Origin: an uncultured delta proteobacterium
Lineage (GTDB): Bacteria > Myxococcota_A > Polyangia > Palsa-1104
DNA length: 18,851 nucleotides
Reading direction: 5' to 3'
NCBI GenBank assembly: GCA_963785725.1
Contig: CAWAWS010000028.1
Span: 1 to 18,851 of the forward strand
The translations under genes were made by a program, and so were the position numbers. Shown here one piece after another: positions 1 through 9,297 of this stretch (within the stretch, counting starts at the first letter, position 1; each line of letters opens with the position of its first letter). The notes under the pieces were generated by a model. It was not told where the DNA came from. It ran no database searches and saw nothing but the letters and a program-made list of their open reading frames with translations.

Positions 1-87
1 CGCTTCTTCCAGGCCCTTAGTCACGGTCACGTTGGAATTGGGGTTGATCACGAGGATGCGGGAGCAGGATAATGCTTTTCCTTGCAA
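1..87 (-). CDS. Asp/Glu/hydantoin racemase family protein, N-terminal fragment (runs off the window edge)
   Basis: Not in the ORF track. The reverse complement of 1-60 translates as RILVINPNSNVTVTKGLEEA, the typical hydantoin-racemase-family N-terminus (RILVINPNS), and it is divergent from a hydantoinase. The start is unclear: there is no in-frame ATG, an in-frame TTG lies at 87-85, and a purine-rich AAGGAAAAG lies just upstream of the conserved part. Confidence 0.8.
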   Translation of the reverse strand, partial: MQGKALSCSRILVINPNSNVTVTKGLEEA

Positions 88-135
88 CTTAGCTATGCCT
101 TGCAGCTATTAGCATAGTTTGCAAAAGTTTCGAAA
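82..135. promoter_or_regulatory. AT-rich divergent promoter region with an imperfect inverted repeat (candidate operator)
   Basis: TTGCAA (82-87) and CTATGC (93-98) mirror GCATAG (112-117) and TTGCAA (119-124). There is also a TTTCGAAA palindrome at 128-135. The region lies between two divergent hydantoin-metabolism genes. Confidence 0.35.
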
Positions 136-177
136 CGCGGCTTTGTCTCGATGGCCCTTGTTATCTCGGAGAATTGC

Positions 178-618
178 ATGACCGAACCGGCCTATGACCT
201 CGTAATCCGCGGCGGGCGCGTAGCGACCGTGTCCGACGTGTTCGAGGCTGATGTCGGCATATCAGGTGAAACCATTGCAGCCATCGGCCGTGACCTGCCT
301 GCCGGCCGGAGCGAGATCGATGCGCGCGGCAAACTGGTGTTGCCCGGCGGCGTCGACAGCCACGCCCATATCGAGCAGCTTTCGGCCGCGGGTATCATGA
401 ACGCCGACACTTTCGAAAGCACGACGACCTCGGCGGCTTTCGGCGGCACCACCACGGTCATCTCCTTTGCGGCCCAGCATGTCGGCATGCATCTGCCGCA
501 GGTCGTGAGCGACTATCATGCGCTCGCCCAAAAGGGCGCGGTGATCGATTATGCCTTTCACATGATCATCGCCAACCCGACGGTGGAACGCTGGCCCATG
601 ACATTCCGGCGCTGGTGA
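178..618 (+). pseudogene. hydA: Dihydropyrimidinase / D-hydantoinase, N-terminal part only (frameshifted near 587, broken near 620)
   Basis: Motifs YDLVIRGGRV, IDARGKLVLPGGVDSHAH (metal-binding HxH), SAAFGGTTTVISF and DYAFH. ATG 178 has a GGAGA RBS at 168-172. Restoring one A at 587-588 gives ...NPTVETLAHDIPALV, which is still family-like; similarity then stops abruptly. Confidence 0.88.
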
Positions 619-628
619 ACCGACGGCG

Positions 629-1162
629 ATCGAGGTCGTGCGCACGAAAGAGCCGACCAACGGCAAGTGGGGCCAGCTGGTGCGGCAGTCGGCGTCGACG
701 GGCCGCTTGTCGCCCGACGAAGAGCTGCACGCGTTCCTGGAGGATCGGCGCGAGCACGTGGCGACGCTGATCAATCCGGCGCTGCACAAGGGGCAGATCG
801 TCATCGTGGATCGCTACTATTTCTCGACGGCGGCTTATCAAGGCGCGCGCGGACAGGATCCGGTCGAGCTCCTGCGCATCAACGAAGCGTTCGCGCCCAA
901 GCCCGATCTGCTGGTGCTGCTGGCGATCGACACGCCGGTGGCGATGCAGCGGATTCGCCAGCGCGGCGAGCTCGACAACGCGTTCGAGCGTGAGGAAGAT
1001 CTGAAGAAGTCGGCGCGCATCTTCGACGCGCTGGCCGCGCCTTATCTGCTCAAGCTCGACGGCACGCGCGCGCCGCAGGCGATCGCCGGCGACATCGCGG
1101 CCGCGATGAGCCGCTTGCCGGCGCTGGCGGCGCATCTCGCGCGCAACGCATCGTCTCAGTAG
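629..1162 (+). CDS. tmk: Thymidylate (dTMP) kinase, 5'-truncated (P-loop missing)
   Basis: Motifs EVVRTKEPT, DRREHV, IVIVDRYYFSTAAYQG, PKPDLLVLL and RIRQRG..FE. The N-terminal EGxDGxGKTT loop is absent, and the frame is closed upstream by TGA at 599-601. Confidence 0.85.
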   Translation: MEVVRTKEPTNGKWGQLVRQSASTGRLSPDEELHAFLEDRREHVATLINPALHKGQIVIVDRYYFSTAAYQGARGQDPVELLRINEAFAPKPDLLVLLAIDTPVAMQRIRQRGELDNAFEREEDLKKSARIFDALAAPYLLKLDGTRAPQAIAGDIAAAMSRLPALAAHLARNASSQ

Positions 1163-2259
1163 GAATAGCGGCGGACGCTGACGTTCATGATGAGGCCGAG
1201 CGTCACCATGACCGTGAGCAGCGACGACCCGCCGTAGCTGATGAGCGGCAGCGTCACGCCGACGACCGGCAAGAGGCCGGCGACCATGCCGATGTTGAAG
1301 AACACGTGCCAGAACAGGAGCGCCGCGCAGCCGACGCACAACGTCTCGGCGAAGCGATCGCGCGCCTCGGCGGCCAGATTCAGCGCCCACAAGATCAGGA
1401 ACAAGTAGCAGCCGATCAACAAGGCGCAACCGAGAAAACCCCATTCTTCGGCGAACACGGCGAATGGGAAATCGGTCCAGTGCTCGGGCAAGAACTGCAG
1501 CTGATTTTGCGTGCCGTGCAGCCAGCCTTTGCCGGTCCAGCGGCCGCTGCCGACGGCGAAGATGGCCTGCCGCGCGTGCCAGCCGGCGCCCGACGGATCG
1601 AGCGACGGATCGATGAACGTCAATAATCGTTTCTTTTGATATCCGTGCAGCTTGAATAAGAAGAATATCGACCCGACCAGAAACTCCGAGCCGAGCGTGA
1701 GCAGCTTGACGTGCAGCTGCAGCGTCACGACCATCATGATCGTCGTCGCGATGAGATAGAGGATGAGCGCCGTGCCCAAGTCGGGCTGCTTCATGATGAG
1801 CAGCATCGGAATGCCCATCAGCGCCAGCGCCGACGCCACGTAACGCCACGGCCGCAGCGCCTGATCGAAGGGATCGCCCGAGAACAGCTTGGCCAGCGCG
1901 ATGATGACCGCTATCTTCGCCAGCTCCGACGGTTGAATGCCGAAGGGGCCGAAGCCGAGCCAGCGCGAGCTGCCTTTGACCGTCTTGCCGCCGACGAGCA
2001 CGGCCACGAGCAGCACGATGCCGACGCCGTAGATGGCGTAGGCGAGCCGCTCGAACAGGCGATAGTCGCTGGCCGCGGTGGCGACGAAGATGACGCCGCC
2101 GACGGCGAACCACATGAGCTGCGTCTGAAACAGCCCCTTCGGCGCCACGCGCGTGGCCGAGTAGAGGTTCACGAGCCCGATGGCGATGATGGCGATGATG
2201 GCGCCGAAGAGCGGCCAGTCGAACTTGCGGCGCAGCTTGGAGAACGCGGTGATCGCCAT
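1156..2259 (-). CDS. rodA: Rod shape-determining protein RodA (SEDS peptidoglycan polymerase)
   Basis: Polytopic membrane protein with GSSRWL, IQPSELAK, KQPDLGTA, FLPEHWTDF, EEWGF and LPLISYGGSS; last gene of the mre/mrd operon. Confidence 0.97.
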   Translation of the reverse strand: MAITAFSKLRRKFDWPLFGAIIAIIAIGLVNLYSATRVAPKGLFQTQLMWFAVGGVIFVATAASDYRLFERLAYAIYGVGIVLLVAVLVGGKTVKGSSRWLGFGPFGIQPSELAKIAVIIALAKLFSGDPFDQALRPWRYVASALALMGIPMLLIMKQPDLGTALILYLIATTIMMVVTLQLHVKLLTLGSEFLVGSIFFLFKLHGYQKKRLLTFIDPSLDPSGAGWHARQAIFAVGSGRWTGKGWLHGTQNQLQFLPEHWTDFPFAVFAEEWGFLGCALLIGCYLFLILWALNLAAEARDRFAETLCVGCAALLFWHVFFNIGMVAGLLPVVGVTLPLISYGGSSLLTVMVTLGLIMNVSVRRYSY

Positions 2260-2261
2260 CG

Positions 2262-4235
2262 TTACGGCTCGTCACCGTCGCTGCTGACGTCGTTCGCGGC
2301 CGGCGTGGTCGCGGCTTCGCTGGCGCGGCGAGCGGCCAGCTCTTGCGCCTTGTCGGCGGCCGTCGCCTTCGGCGGAACGTAGTGCGGCTTGTGGAAGTAG
2401 CCTTCGTAAATCTCCATCGCCGTCGGCGTCGCCGCTTTGCCGCCGAACCCGCCATGCTCGATGAGCACGACGACCGCGATCTTCGGATTCTTGTAGGGCG
2501 CGAAGCTGGCGAACCACGAGTGGCTGTTGGCTTCGTCGCCCTCGGCGCCCTCTTTGTGGTTCTTGCCCGTCTGCGCCGTGCCGGTCTTGCCGGCGACGTC
2601 GAGGCCGGGCACGTGCGCCGCCCAGCTCGTGCCCTTCGGATGGTTGACGGCGTCGTACAAGGCCGCGCGCACCTTCTGCAGCGTCTCGGGCGAGGCTTCG
2701 ATCTGCCGGCGCAGGCGCGGCTCGAACGACTGCACCGTCGTGCCATCGGCCGACTGCACGCGCTCGACGATTTGCGGCACGAACAGCTTGCCGCCGTTGG
2801 CCAGCGCCGCGTACGCCATCGCCATCTGCAACACCGTCGCTTTGGTGTCGCCTTGACCGATGGCCGTATTCAAGAGGAAGCCCTTCTGAAAGCCGCCGGG
2901 CACGCGCTTGTAGTAGTCCATCGACGGCACCAACCCGGGCGACTCGGCGTTCAGGCCGAGACCGGTCGGCTCGCCGAGCCCGAGGTCGTGCGCCACGTGC
3001 GCCATGCGATCGAGCCCCAACGTCTGCCCGAGCTCGTAATAATAGACGTCGCACGACTCGGCGAGCGCGAAGTGCAGGTTGAGCTTCCCGTGCGTCTCGG
3101 CGCAATGGAACATGCGCTTGCCGAAGCGCAGCCCGCCGTGACAGGTGATCGTCGCCTCGGGATTGACGAGATGATCTTCGAGCGCGGCGATCGTGGGCAC
3201 GATCTTGAACGTCGAGCCCGGGAAGTAGTTTTCGCGCAGCGTCTTGTCCATCATCGGCCGCAGCGGATCTTCGTTCAGCAGCGTCGACTCGGCGCGCGTC
3301 AGCCGTCCCGTCAGCACGTTCGGATCCGGCTCCGGCCACGACGCCAACGCCAGCACGCGCCCGGTCTCGACGTCCACCACCGCCGCCGCGCCCGATTTAT
3401 GCTTCTGCAGCGCCGCTTCCACCGTCTTTTGCAGGTCGAGATCGATCGACGTGACGAGGTCGTCGCCCGGCTGCGGCTCGGTGCGCTGCGGACCGCCGAG
3501 CAGCGCCTCCAAGTCGCCGGCCTCTTTACGCTGCCCTTTGGCGTCGACGACGATGCGCTCGACGCCGTCTTTGCCGCGCAGGAACGACTCCCACTGCCGC
3601 TCCAGCCCGGCGCGCCCGACGTAGTCGCCGAGGTGATAATTCAGCGTATCGGCGCGCTGCCGCTTGTCGGCCAACTCCTCGGGCGTGATTTGGTTCATGT
3701 AGCCGAGCGCGTGCGCCGCCAGCGTGCCGTGCGGATAGTTGCGATGCGCCACCGCCTGCACCGCGACGCCGGGCAGGTCGTTCTTCTCCGACTCGAGCGT
3801 CGCCAGCTGATCGCGCGTGATGTCTTCGAACGCCAACAGCTGCCGGAAACGATCGAGCCCATGCTTTTGCGCGACGCGAACTTCGAGCGCCGTCGCCGCG
3901 TCGTCGTTGAGCGCGAGATACTTCTTGAGCCGCGTAAAGGCGTCGGTGTTGAAGAAGCGCGGCGTGATGTAGACGTTGTAGGCCGGCCGATTGTCGACGA
4001 GCACGCGCCCTTTGCGATCGCGAATTTGCCCGCGCGTCGCCGGCAGCTCCAGCTCCTTGACGAAGTTGTCGGCGCTCTTGCGCATGTAGTATTCGCCCGA
4101 CATCACCTGCAGCTGATAGAGCCGACCGATGAGCAAGACGAGCGCGCAGCCGACGACGATCTGCGCCCAGGCGAAGCGGCTGGCCGGCGCTTGCGTGCCT
4201 TTGGCGCGCGGCGTGATGCGGGTGCGGCCGGTCAC
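2262..4235 (-). CDS. mrdA: Penicillin-binding protein 2 (class B transpeptidase)
   Basis: N-terminal TM, RGQIRDR, GRAGLE, catalytic SxxK (PGSTFK), SxD (SCDVYYY) and KTG (AGKTGTAQ); lies between mreD and rodA. Confidence 0.97.
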   Translation of the reverse strand: MTGRTRITPRAKGTQAPASRFAWAQIVVGCALVLLIGRLYQLQVMSGEYYMRKSADNFVKELELPATRGQIRDRKGRVLVDNRPAYNVYITPRFFNTDAFTRLKKYLALNDDAATALEVRVAQKHGLDRFRQLLAFEDITRDQLATLESEKNDLPGVAVQAVAHRNYPHGTLAAHALGYMNQITPEELADKRQRADTLNYHLGDYVGRAGLERQWESFLRGKDGVERIVVDAKGQRKEAGDLEALLGGPQRTEPQPGDDLVTSIDLDLQKTVEAALQKHKSGAAAVVDVETGRVLALASWPEPDPNVLTGRLTRAESTLLNEDPLRPMMDKTLRENYFPGSTFKIVPTIAALEDHLVNPEATITCHGGLRFGKRMFHCAETHGKLNLHFALAESCDVYYYELGQTLGLDRMAHVAHDLGLGEPTGLGLNAESPGLVPSMDYYKRVPGGFQKGFLLNTAIGQGDTKATVLQMAMAYAALANGGKLFVPQIVERVQSADGTTVQSFEPRLRRQIEASPETLQKVRAALYDAVNHPKGTSWAAHVPGLDVAGKTGTAQTGKNHKEGAEGDEANSHSWFASFAPYKNPKIAVVVLIEHGGFGGKAATPTAMEIYEGYFHKPHYVPPKATAADKAQELAARRASEAATTPAANDVSSDGDEP

Positions 4236-4750
4236 GACATCCTGAGCGCCCGCGGATCGGGCTGCAAGCGACGATCGAGCTTGCGCAAGATCGAGAACAC
4301 GAACGGCGCCACCAACGCCGTCGCCACGGCCATCGGCGGAATCAGCCGCAAGGAAGCCAGCGTGTCGCCGTCATAGAGCGTCGACGACAAGGCGAGCAGC
4401 ACGAGCGCGTGCGCGACCGCGGCCACGCCGGCGATGACCACCGTGTGCCACGAGGTCGCGACATCGAGCCGCGACGACGCCGCGCGCGCCACCACCATCG
4501 CCACCGCCAGCGTCAGCGCGTGCAGGCCTTTGGGCGCGCCCGCCGCCAGATCCGCCAAGTAGCCGATGACGAGCGCGACGCCGACGTGCGTCGGCGCCGT
4601 GCCGCGGCCGCCGAGGCCGAGGTAGAGCACGACGCAGAGCGCGATCTCCGGCGTCGGCAAGCGCCACGGCGACAGCGCCAGCAGCGACGACGTCACGAGC
4701 AGCCCGACGTAGGCCGCGAGCACCATGACGACGGCTCTTGGGAAGCTCAC
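4232..4750 (-). CDS. mreD: Rod shape-determining protein MreD
   Basis: 172-aa hydrophobic protein with a GYLADLAAGAPKGLHAL motif and 4-bp overlaps with mreC and mrdA, in the canonical operon position. Confidence 0.88.
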   Translation of the reverse strand: MSFPRAVVMVLAAYVGLLVTSSLLALSPWRLPTPEIALCVVLYLGLGGRGTAPTHVGVALVIGYLADLAAGAPKGLHALTLAVAMVVARAASSRLDVATSWHTVVIAGVAAVAHALVLLALSSTLYDGDTLASLRLIPPMAVATALVAPFVFSILRKLDRRLQPDPRALRMS

Positions 4751-5658
4751 GGATTCTCCGTCGCCGGCTTGGCTTCGGGGCCGTTGGAAATGGCGGGCGC
4801 GATCGACTGCGGCGACGGGCCGAACGGCTGCGCCTCGCGCGGCACGACGACGAGCACGTCGTGCAGCTTGCCGAAATCGACCGCCGGCTGCACCTCCGCC
4901 TCTTGGTACAGGCCGAAGCCGCGCTTGTCGACGTGCGTGATCTTGCCGATGGCCAAGTCGCGCGGGAAAGTGGCGCTCAAGCCGCTGGTGACGACGAGAT
5001 CGCCCTCGGCGGCTTCGTCGCGGCGCTCCAAATATTCGATGCGCGTGCGGTAACGATCGCTGCCGGCGATGCCCTTCAACACGCCGCGACCGCCGGTGCG
5101 CGCGACGACGACGTCGATCGACGACTTGGGATCGGTGGCGAGCAGCACGTCGCAGTAGCTGCCGAAGACGCGCTGCACGCGCCCGACGACGCCGGCCGCC
5201 GCCAACACCGCCATGCCCGGCTTGACGTCGTCGCCGCCGCGGTCGAGCTTGATGCGCACGACGCGGAAGAAGCTCGACGTCTCGACGGAGATGACGTGCG
5301 CCGCCAGCGCGTCGAACTGCAGCGCGCCGCGCAGGCCGAGCAGCTTCTCGAGATCGCCGGCGCGCGCCGCGCTCACCTTGGCCGCGGTGAGCTCGACCTG
5401 CAGCCGCGCGTTCTCGTCGGCGAGCCGCTCGTTGTCGGCTTTGACGTGCACGAGCGCGATGTAGCGATGCCAGAGCGCGCCCACGCCGCCGGCGATCGCC
5501 GTCAACGCCGCCTGCAGCGGCGCCGAGATGCGCAAGATGGCCCGATCGAGCGCGTTCAGATGCTCGCGATCGGCCAAATTCGCCCGCAAGAACAGCACCG
5601 GAAGCGCGAGCAGCGTCGCGACAATCACGAGCTCGCGGGCCCTACGCGTCAGCGTCAC
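4747..5658 (-). CDS. mreC: Rod shape-determining protein MreC
   Basis: TM followed by a coiled coil (DNERLADENARL), GVVGRV, and GDLVVTSGLSATFPRDLAIG. GTG 5658 is better spaced from the GAGGGAG RBS than the ORF-track start at 5667. Confidence 0.95.
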   Translation of the reverse strand: MTLTRRARELVIVATLLALPVLFLRANLADREHLNALDRAILRISAPLQAALTAIAGGVGALWHRYIALVHVKADNERLADENARLQVELTAAKVSAARAGDLEKLLGLRGALQFDALAAHVISVETSSFFRVVRIKLDRGGDDVKPGMAVLAAAGVVGRVQRVFGSYCDVLLATDPKSSIDVVVARTGGRGVLKGIAGSDRYRTRIEYLERRDEAAEGDLVVTSGLSATFPRDLAIGKITHVDKRGFGLYQEAEVQPAVDFGKLHDVLVVVPREAQPFGPSPQSIAPAISNGPEAKPATENP

Positions 5659-5718
5659 GTACGCCACTCCCTCAGGCTAGACGACACTCGAGTGTGGTGC
5701 GTCGAGACGCAGACCAAC

Positions 5719-6773
<1,055 letters not shown>

Positions 6774-6982
6774 CTATGGATCTTGAGTTACCACGCAGAT
6801 CCGAGAGGTTCAAGGAATTCGTCGTTCGCAAGACAGCTTACGCGCGATTGTCACTAATCGCCGGTGCTCATTTTGCCGCAGGGCGTAATACACGAATCGC
6901 CCGAAGGTAGGCGGCCCCGATCGCGGCGCCAGCCGGCGGGCAAATTTTTGCGGCCCGCGCGAATGCGAGTTACCGGTGGTGG

Positions 6983-7519
6983 ATGATGGAAACACCTCTG
7001 GTCCGCTGCGGCGGCTGCAGTAAGCCGCCCAGCGACGGTGTCCTGCGCCGCGGCCGCTGCTACCGCTGCTACGACGCGTGGGTCAAGGCGCGCGTCGTCG
7101 GCGCCGGCGCCAATTGCGCGGCCTGCGAAGATCGCCGTCTGACGCACTTGCGCTACTGGGAGATCGGCGGTCGCGGCAACGCGCCCGGCGGTCGCTGGGT
7201 CGTCTTGTGTCACAACTGCGTCGCCCAAGCGGAGAAGATGGATCCGCAGCCGCGCAGCATCGACGGGCTCAAAATGCGCCTGGCGCGCGACCGGCGCTGG
7301 GGCGATCGGCGCGCCGAGGCCGTCGGCGGCCGGCCCAGCCCGCGCGGCGCCGGCCACGAACGGCGCGACAACGACCGTCGTCAGAGCCTGCGGGGCATGA
7401 AATACTTGGACGAGATGGTGCTGGAAATCGAGGCCGAGTTCGAAGAGGTCACCGACGACCAGATCGAAGCCTCGGAAGAGGTGACCGGAATTCACCTCCG
7501 CATCCCCTTGCCCGAATAA
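6983..7519 (+). CDS. Hypothetical protein with four CxxC motifs (putative double zinc finger), DRR/ERR repeats and an acidic tail
   Basis: CGGC, CYRC, CAAC and CHNC motifs; GC-rich third-position codon pattern; fills the gap between the mreB promoter region and the PpiD-like gene (24 bp apart). Confidence 0.75.
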   Translation: MMETPLVRCGGCSKPPSDGVLRRGRCYRCYDAWVKARVVGAGANCAACEDRRLTHLRYWEIGGRGNAPGGRWVVLCHNCVAQAEKMDPQPRSIDGLKMRLARDRRWGDRRAEAVGGRPSPRGAGHERRDNDRRQSLRGMKYLDEMVLEIEAEFEEVTDDQIEASEEVTGIHLRIPLPE

Positions 7520-7543
7520 ATTCACTAAGCTAGTCTCCGCCGC

Positions 7544-9217
7544 ATGTTGTCGGCGATGCGGCGCAACTCGCGCCACGCAATCATCTATGTGCTCTTCGGT
7601 ATCTTGATCGCAGCTTTCGTGATCAGCTTCGGCCCCGGCTCGCGCGGGTTCGGCTATCAAGGAGTGTCGTCAGCCTATGCGGCGAAGGTCGCAGGCTCGA
7701 CGGTGAGCGAGCAGGATTTTCACTTCGCGTACGTGGCCCTCGGGCGCACGCGATATCCCCCGCAAATGGCGCGCGAGCAGCGGCTCAAAGAGCAGCTGAT
7801 GGACCGCATCATCGAGCGCGAGCTGTTCGCCGAGGAGGCGGAGCGGCTCGGTTACAACGTGTCGATGAAGGAGGTCGAGGACATGATCGCCGACGGGCGC
7901 ATGCTCGTCGTCGGCATCCCCGAGCGCATCGACAGCTACGTCTACAAAGACGGCAAGTTCGACTACGACCGCTTCAAGATGGTGGCGCAGAACCAGCTCG
8001 GCGTCACGGTGCGCCACTTCATCGAGATCGAGCAGCGCGAGCTGATGGCGGACAAGGTGCGCGAGCTGATTCGCGTCGGCGCCAAGGTCTCGCCCGACGA
8101 CGTCAAGAAGCAGTTCGCCGACCGCGGGCTGCAGGTCAACCTCGAGTATGCGCGCTTTCCCGAGCGTAAATACGAAGAGGAGATCGGCGACCCGACGCCG
8201 GCCGAGATCGACGCCTACGTCAAGGCGCACGGCGACGAGCTGAAGAAGAGCTACGACGATCGCGCCTTCCTCTACAAGAACCTGGAGAAGCAGGCGCAGC
8301 TGCGTCACATCGTGGTCGACGTCAAGAAGGACGCGCCGGCGGCGGAAGCGGACGCGGCCAAGAAGCAGATCGACGCGGCGGCGGCCAAGATCAAGGGCGG
8401 CGCCGACTTCGCGGCGGTCGCCAAGGACGTCTCCAGCGACGAGCGCACCAAGAAGCGCGGCGGCGAAATCGGCTGGCGCAAGAAGACGTTCACCGGCTTC
8501 GGCGAGGCCGTCGACGCCAAGGTGTTCGCGGCCAAGGCCGGCGACGTCATCGGACCGGAGCGCACCGATCGCGGCTTCGAGCTGGTCAAAGTCGAGGGCT
8601 TCCGCGAAGGTGACGTGCCGCTGGCCGAGGCCGAGAAGGAGATCGCCGTCGACGAAGTGCGCAAGGAGAAGGCCAAAGAGAAGGCCAAGGCCGACGCGCA
8701 GGCGCTGATGGACCGCGTGCACAAAGGTGAGAAGCTCGACACCATCGTGCCGAAGGAGACGCCGGACGCGCCGGGCACGTCGGCGCAGGAGAAGCAGCTC
8801 AAGGCGCTGCTGCAGAAGCCGTCGGAGCCGGTCAAGCTGCAGGAGACCGGGCTCTTCTCGCGTCGCGGAGACATCATCCAAGACATCGGTATCTCGAAGG
8901 ATCTGGCGAAGCAGGCGTTCGACTTGAAGACCGGCGAAGTCGCGGGTCCGTTCGATGTCGGCACCGGCTACGTCGTCGTGCGCGTCAAAGAGCACAAGGA
9001 TCCGGATCTGGCGGACTTCGAGAAGCGCAAGTCGGACATCGTGCGCGACGCCGAGCGGTCGAAGTGGGCCGAGCTCGTCGACACCTGGTCGAAGCAGCGC
9101 TGCATCGAAGTGCGTGACGACGGACGCATCAAGGTCAACGCCGAAGCGCTGGAGTACGAGGGCGTAGGCAAAGGGGTGTCGAAGTACGAACCCTGCGCCA
9201 TGAAGCCAATGTTTTAG
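7544..9217 (+). CDS. SurA N-terminal domain / parvulin-type peptidyl-prolyl isomerase (PpiD-like membrane-anchored periplasmic chaperone)
   Basis: PpiD-type start MLSAMRRNS followed by a TM, a SurA-N region (AKVAGSTVS...LMDRIIERELFAEEAERLG) and a rotamase region (LRHIVV...GADFAAVAKDVSSD...GGEIGW). Confidence 0.9.
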   Translation: MLSAMRRNSRHAIIYVLFGILIAAFVISFGPGSRGFGYQGVSSAYAAKVAGSTVSEQDFHFAYVALGRTRYPPQMAREQRLKEQLMDRIIERELFAEEAERLGYNVSMKEVEDMIADGRMLVVGIPERIDSYVYKDGKFDYDRFKMVAQNQLGVTVRHFIEIEQRELMADKVRELIRVGAKVSPDDVKKQFADRGLQVNLEYARFPERKYEEEIGDPTPAEIDAYVKAHGDELKKSYDDRAFLYKNLEKQAQLRHIVVDVKKDAPAAEADAAKKQIDAAAAKIKGGADFAAVAKDVSSDERTKKRGGEIGWRKKTFTGFGEAVDAKVFAAKAGDVIGPERTDRGFELVKVEGFREGDVPLAEAEKEIAVDEVRKEKAKEKAKADAQALMDRVHKGEKLDTIVPKETPDAPGTSAQEKQLKALLQKPSEPVKLQETGLFSRRGDIIQDIGISKDLAKQAFDLKTGEVAGPFDVGTGYVVVRVKEHKDPDLADFEKRKSDIVRDAERSKWAELVDTWSKQRCIEVRDDGRIKVNAEALEYEGVGKGVSKYEPCAMKPMF

Positions 9218-9297
9218 CGTTTTTTCGTTACCATCCTTCGCGCTCTACCCTTCCGTTTTTTCCTCCCCATCTGGTACAGTAAGGCGTCCCCCATTCT

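Noticed and set aside
82..100. Sigma54 promoter on the minus strand (GGCATAGCTAAGTTGCA)
   Set aside because: The GG-to-GC spacing is 12 nt, not the required 10.
178..1162. Programmed frameshift or genuine hydantoinase-Tmk fusion protein
   Set aside because: Both halves lack essential catalytic parts, the frames do not join, and there is no slippery site. A chimeric junction is simpler.
566..2746. 726-aa minus-strand ORF
   Set aside because: Arg/Ala-rich alternate-frame shadow of rodA, mrdA and tmk. Such open frames are expected in high-GC DNA and it has no recognisable motifs.
2343..4376. 677-aa plus-strand ORF (also 4738-6084, 7670-8995, 9214-10185, 12980-14971 and similar)
   Set aside because: Antisense shadows of well-supported genes, caused by codon bias.
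6936..6958. Short inverted repeats (GCAAA-TT-TTTGC; GCGGGC/GCCCGC) in the mreB divergent region
   Set aside because: Too short to distinguish from chance without comparative data.
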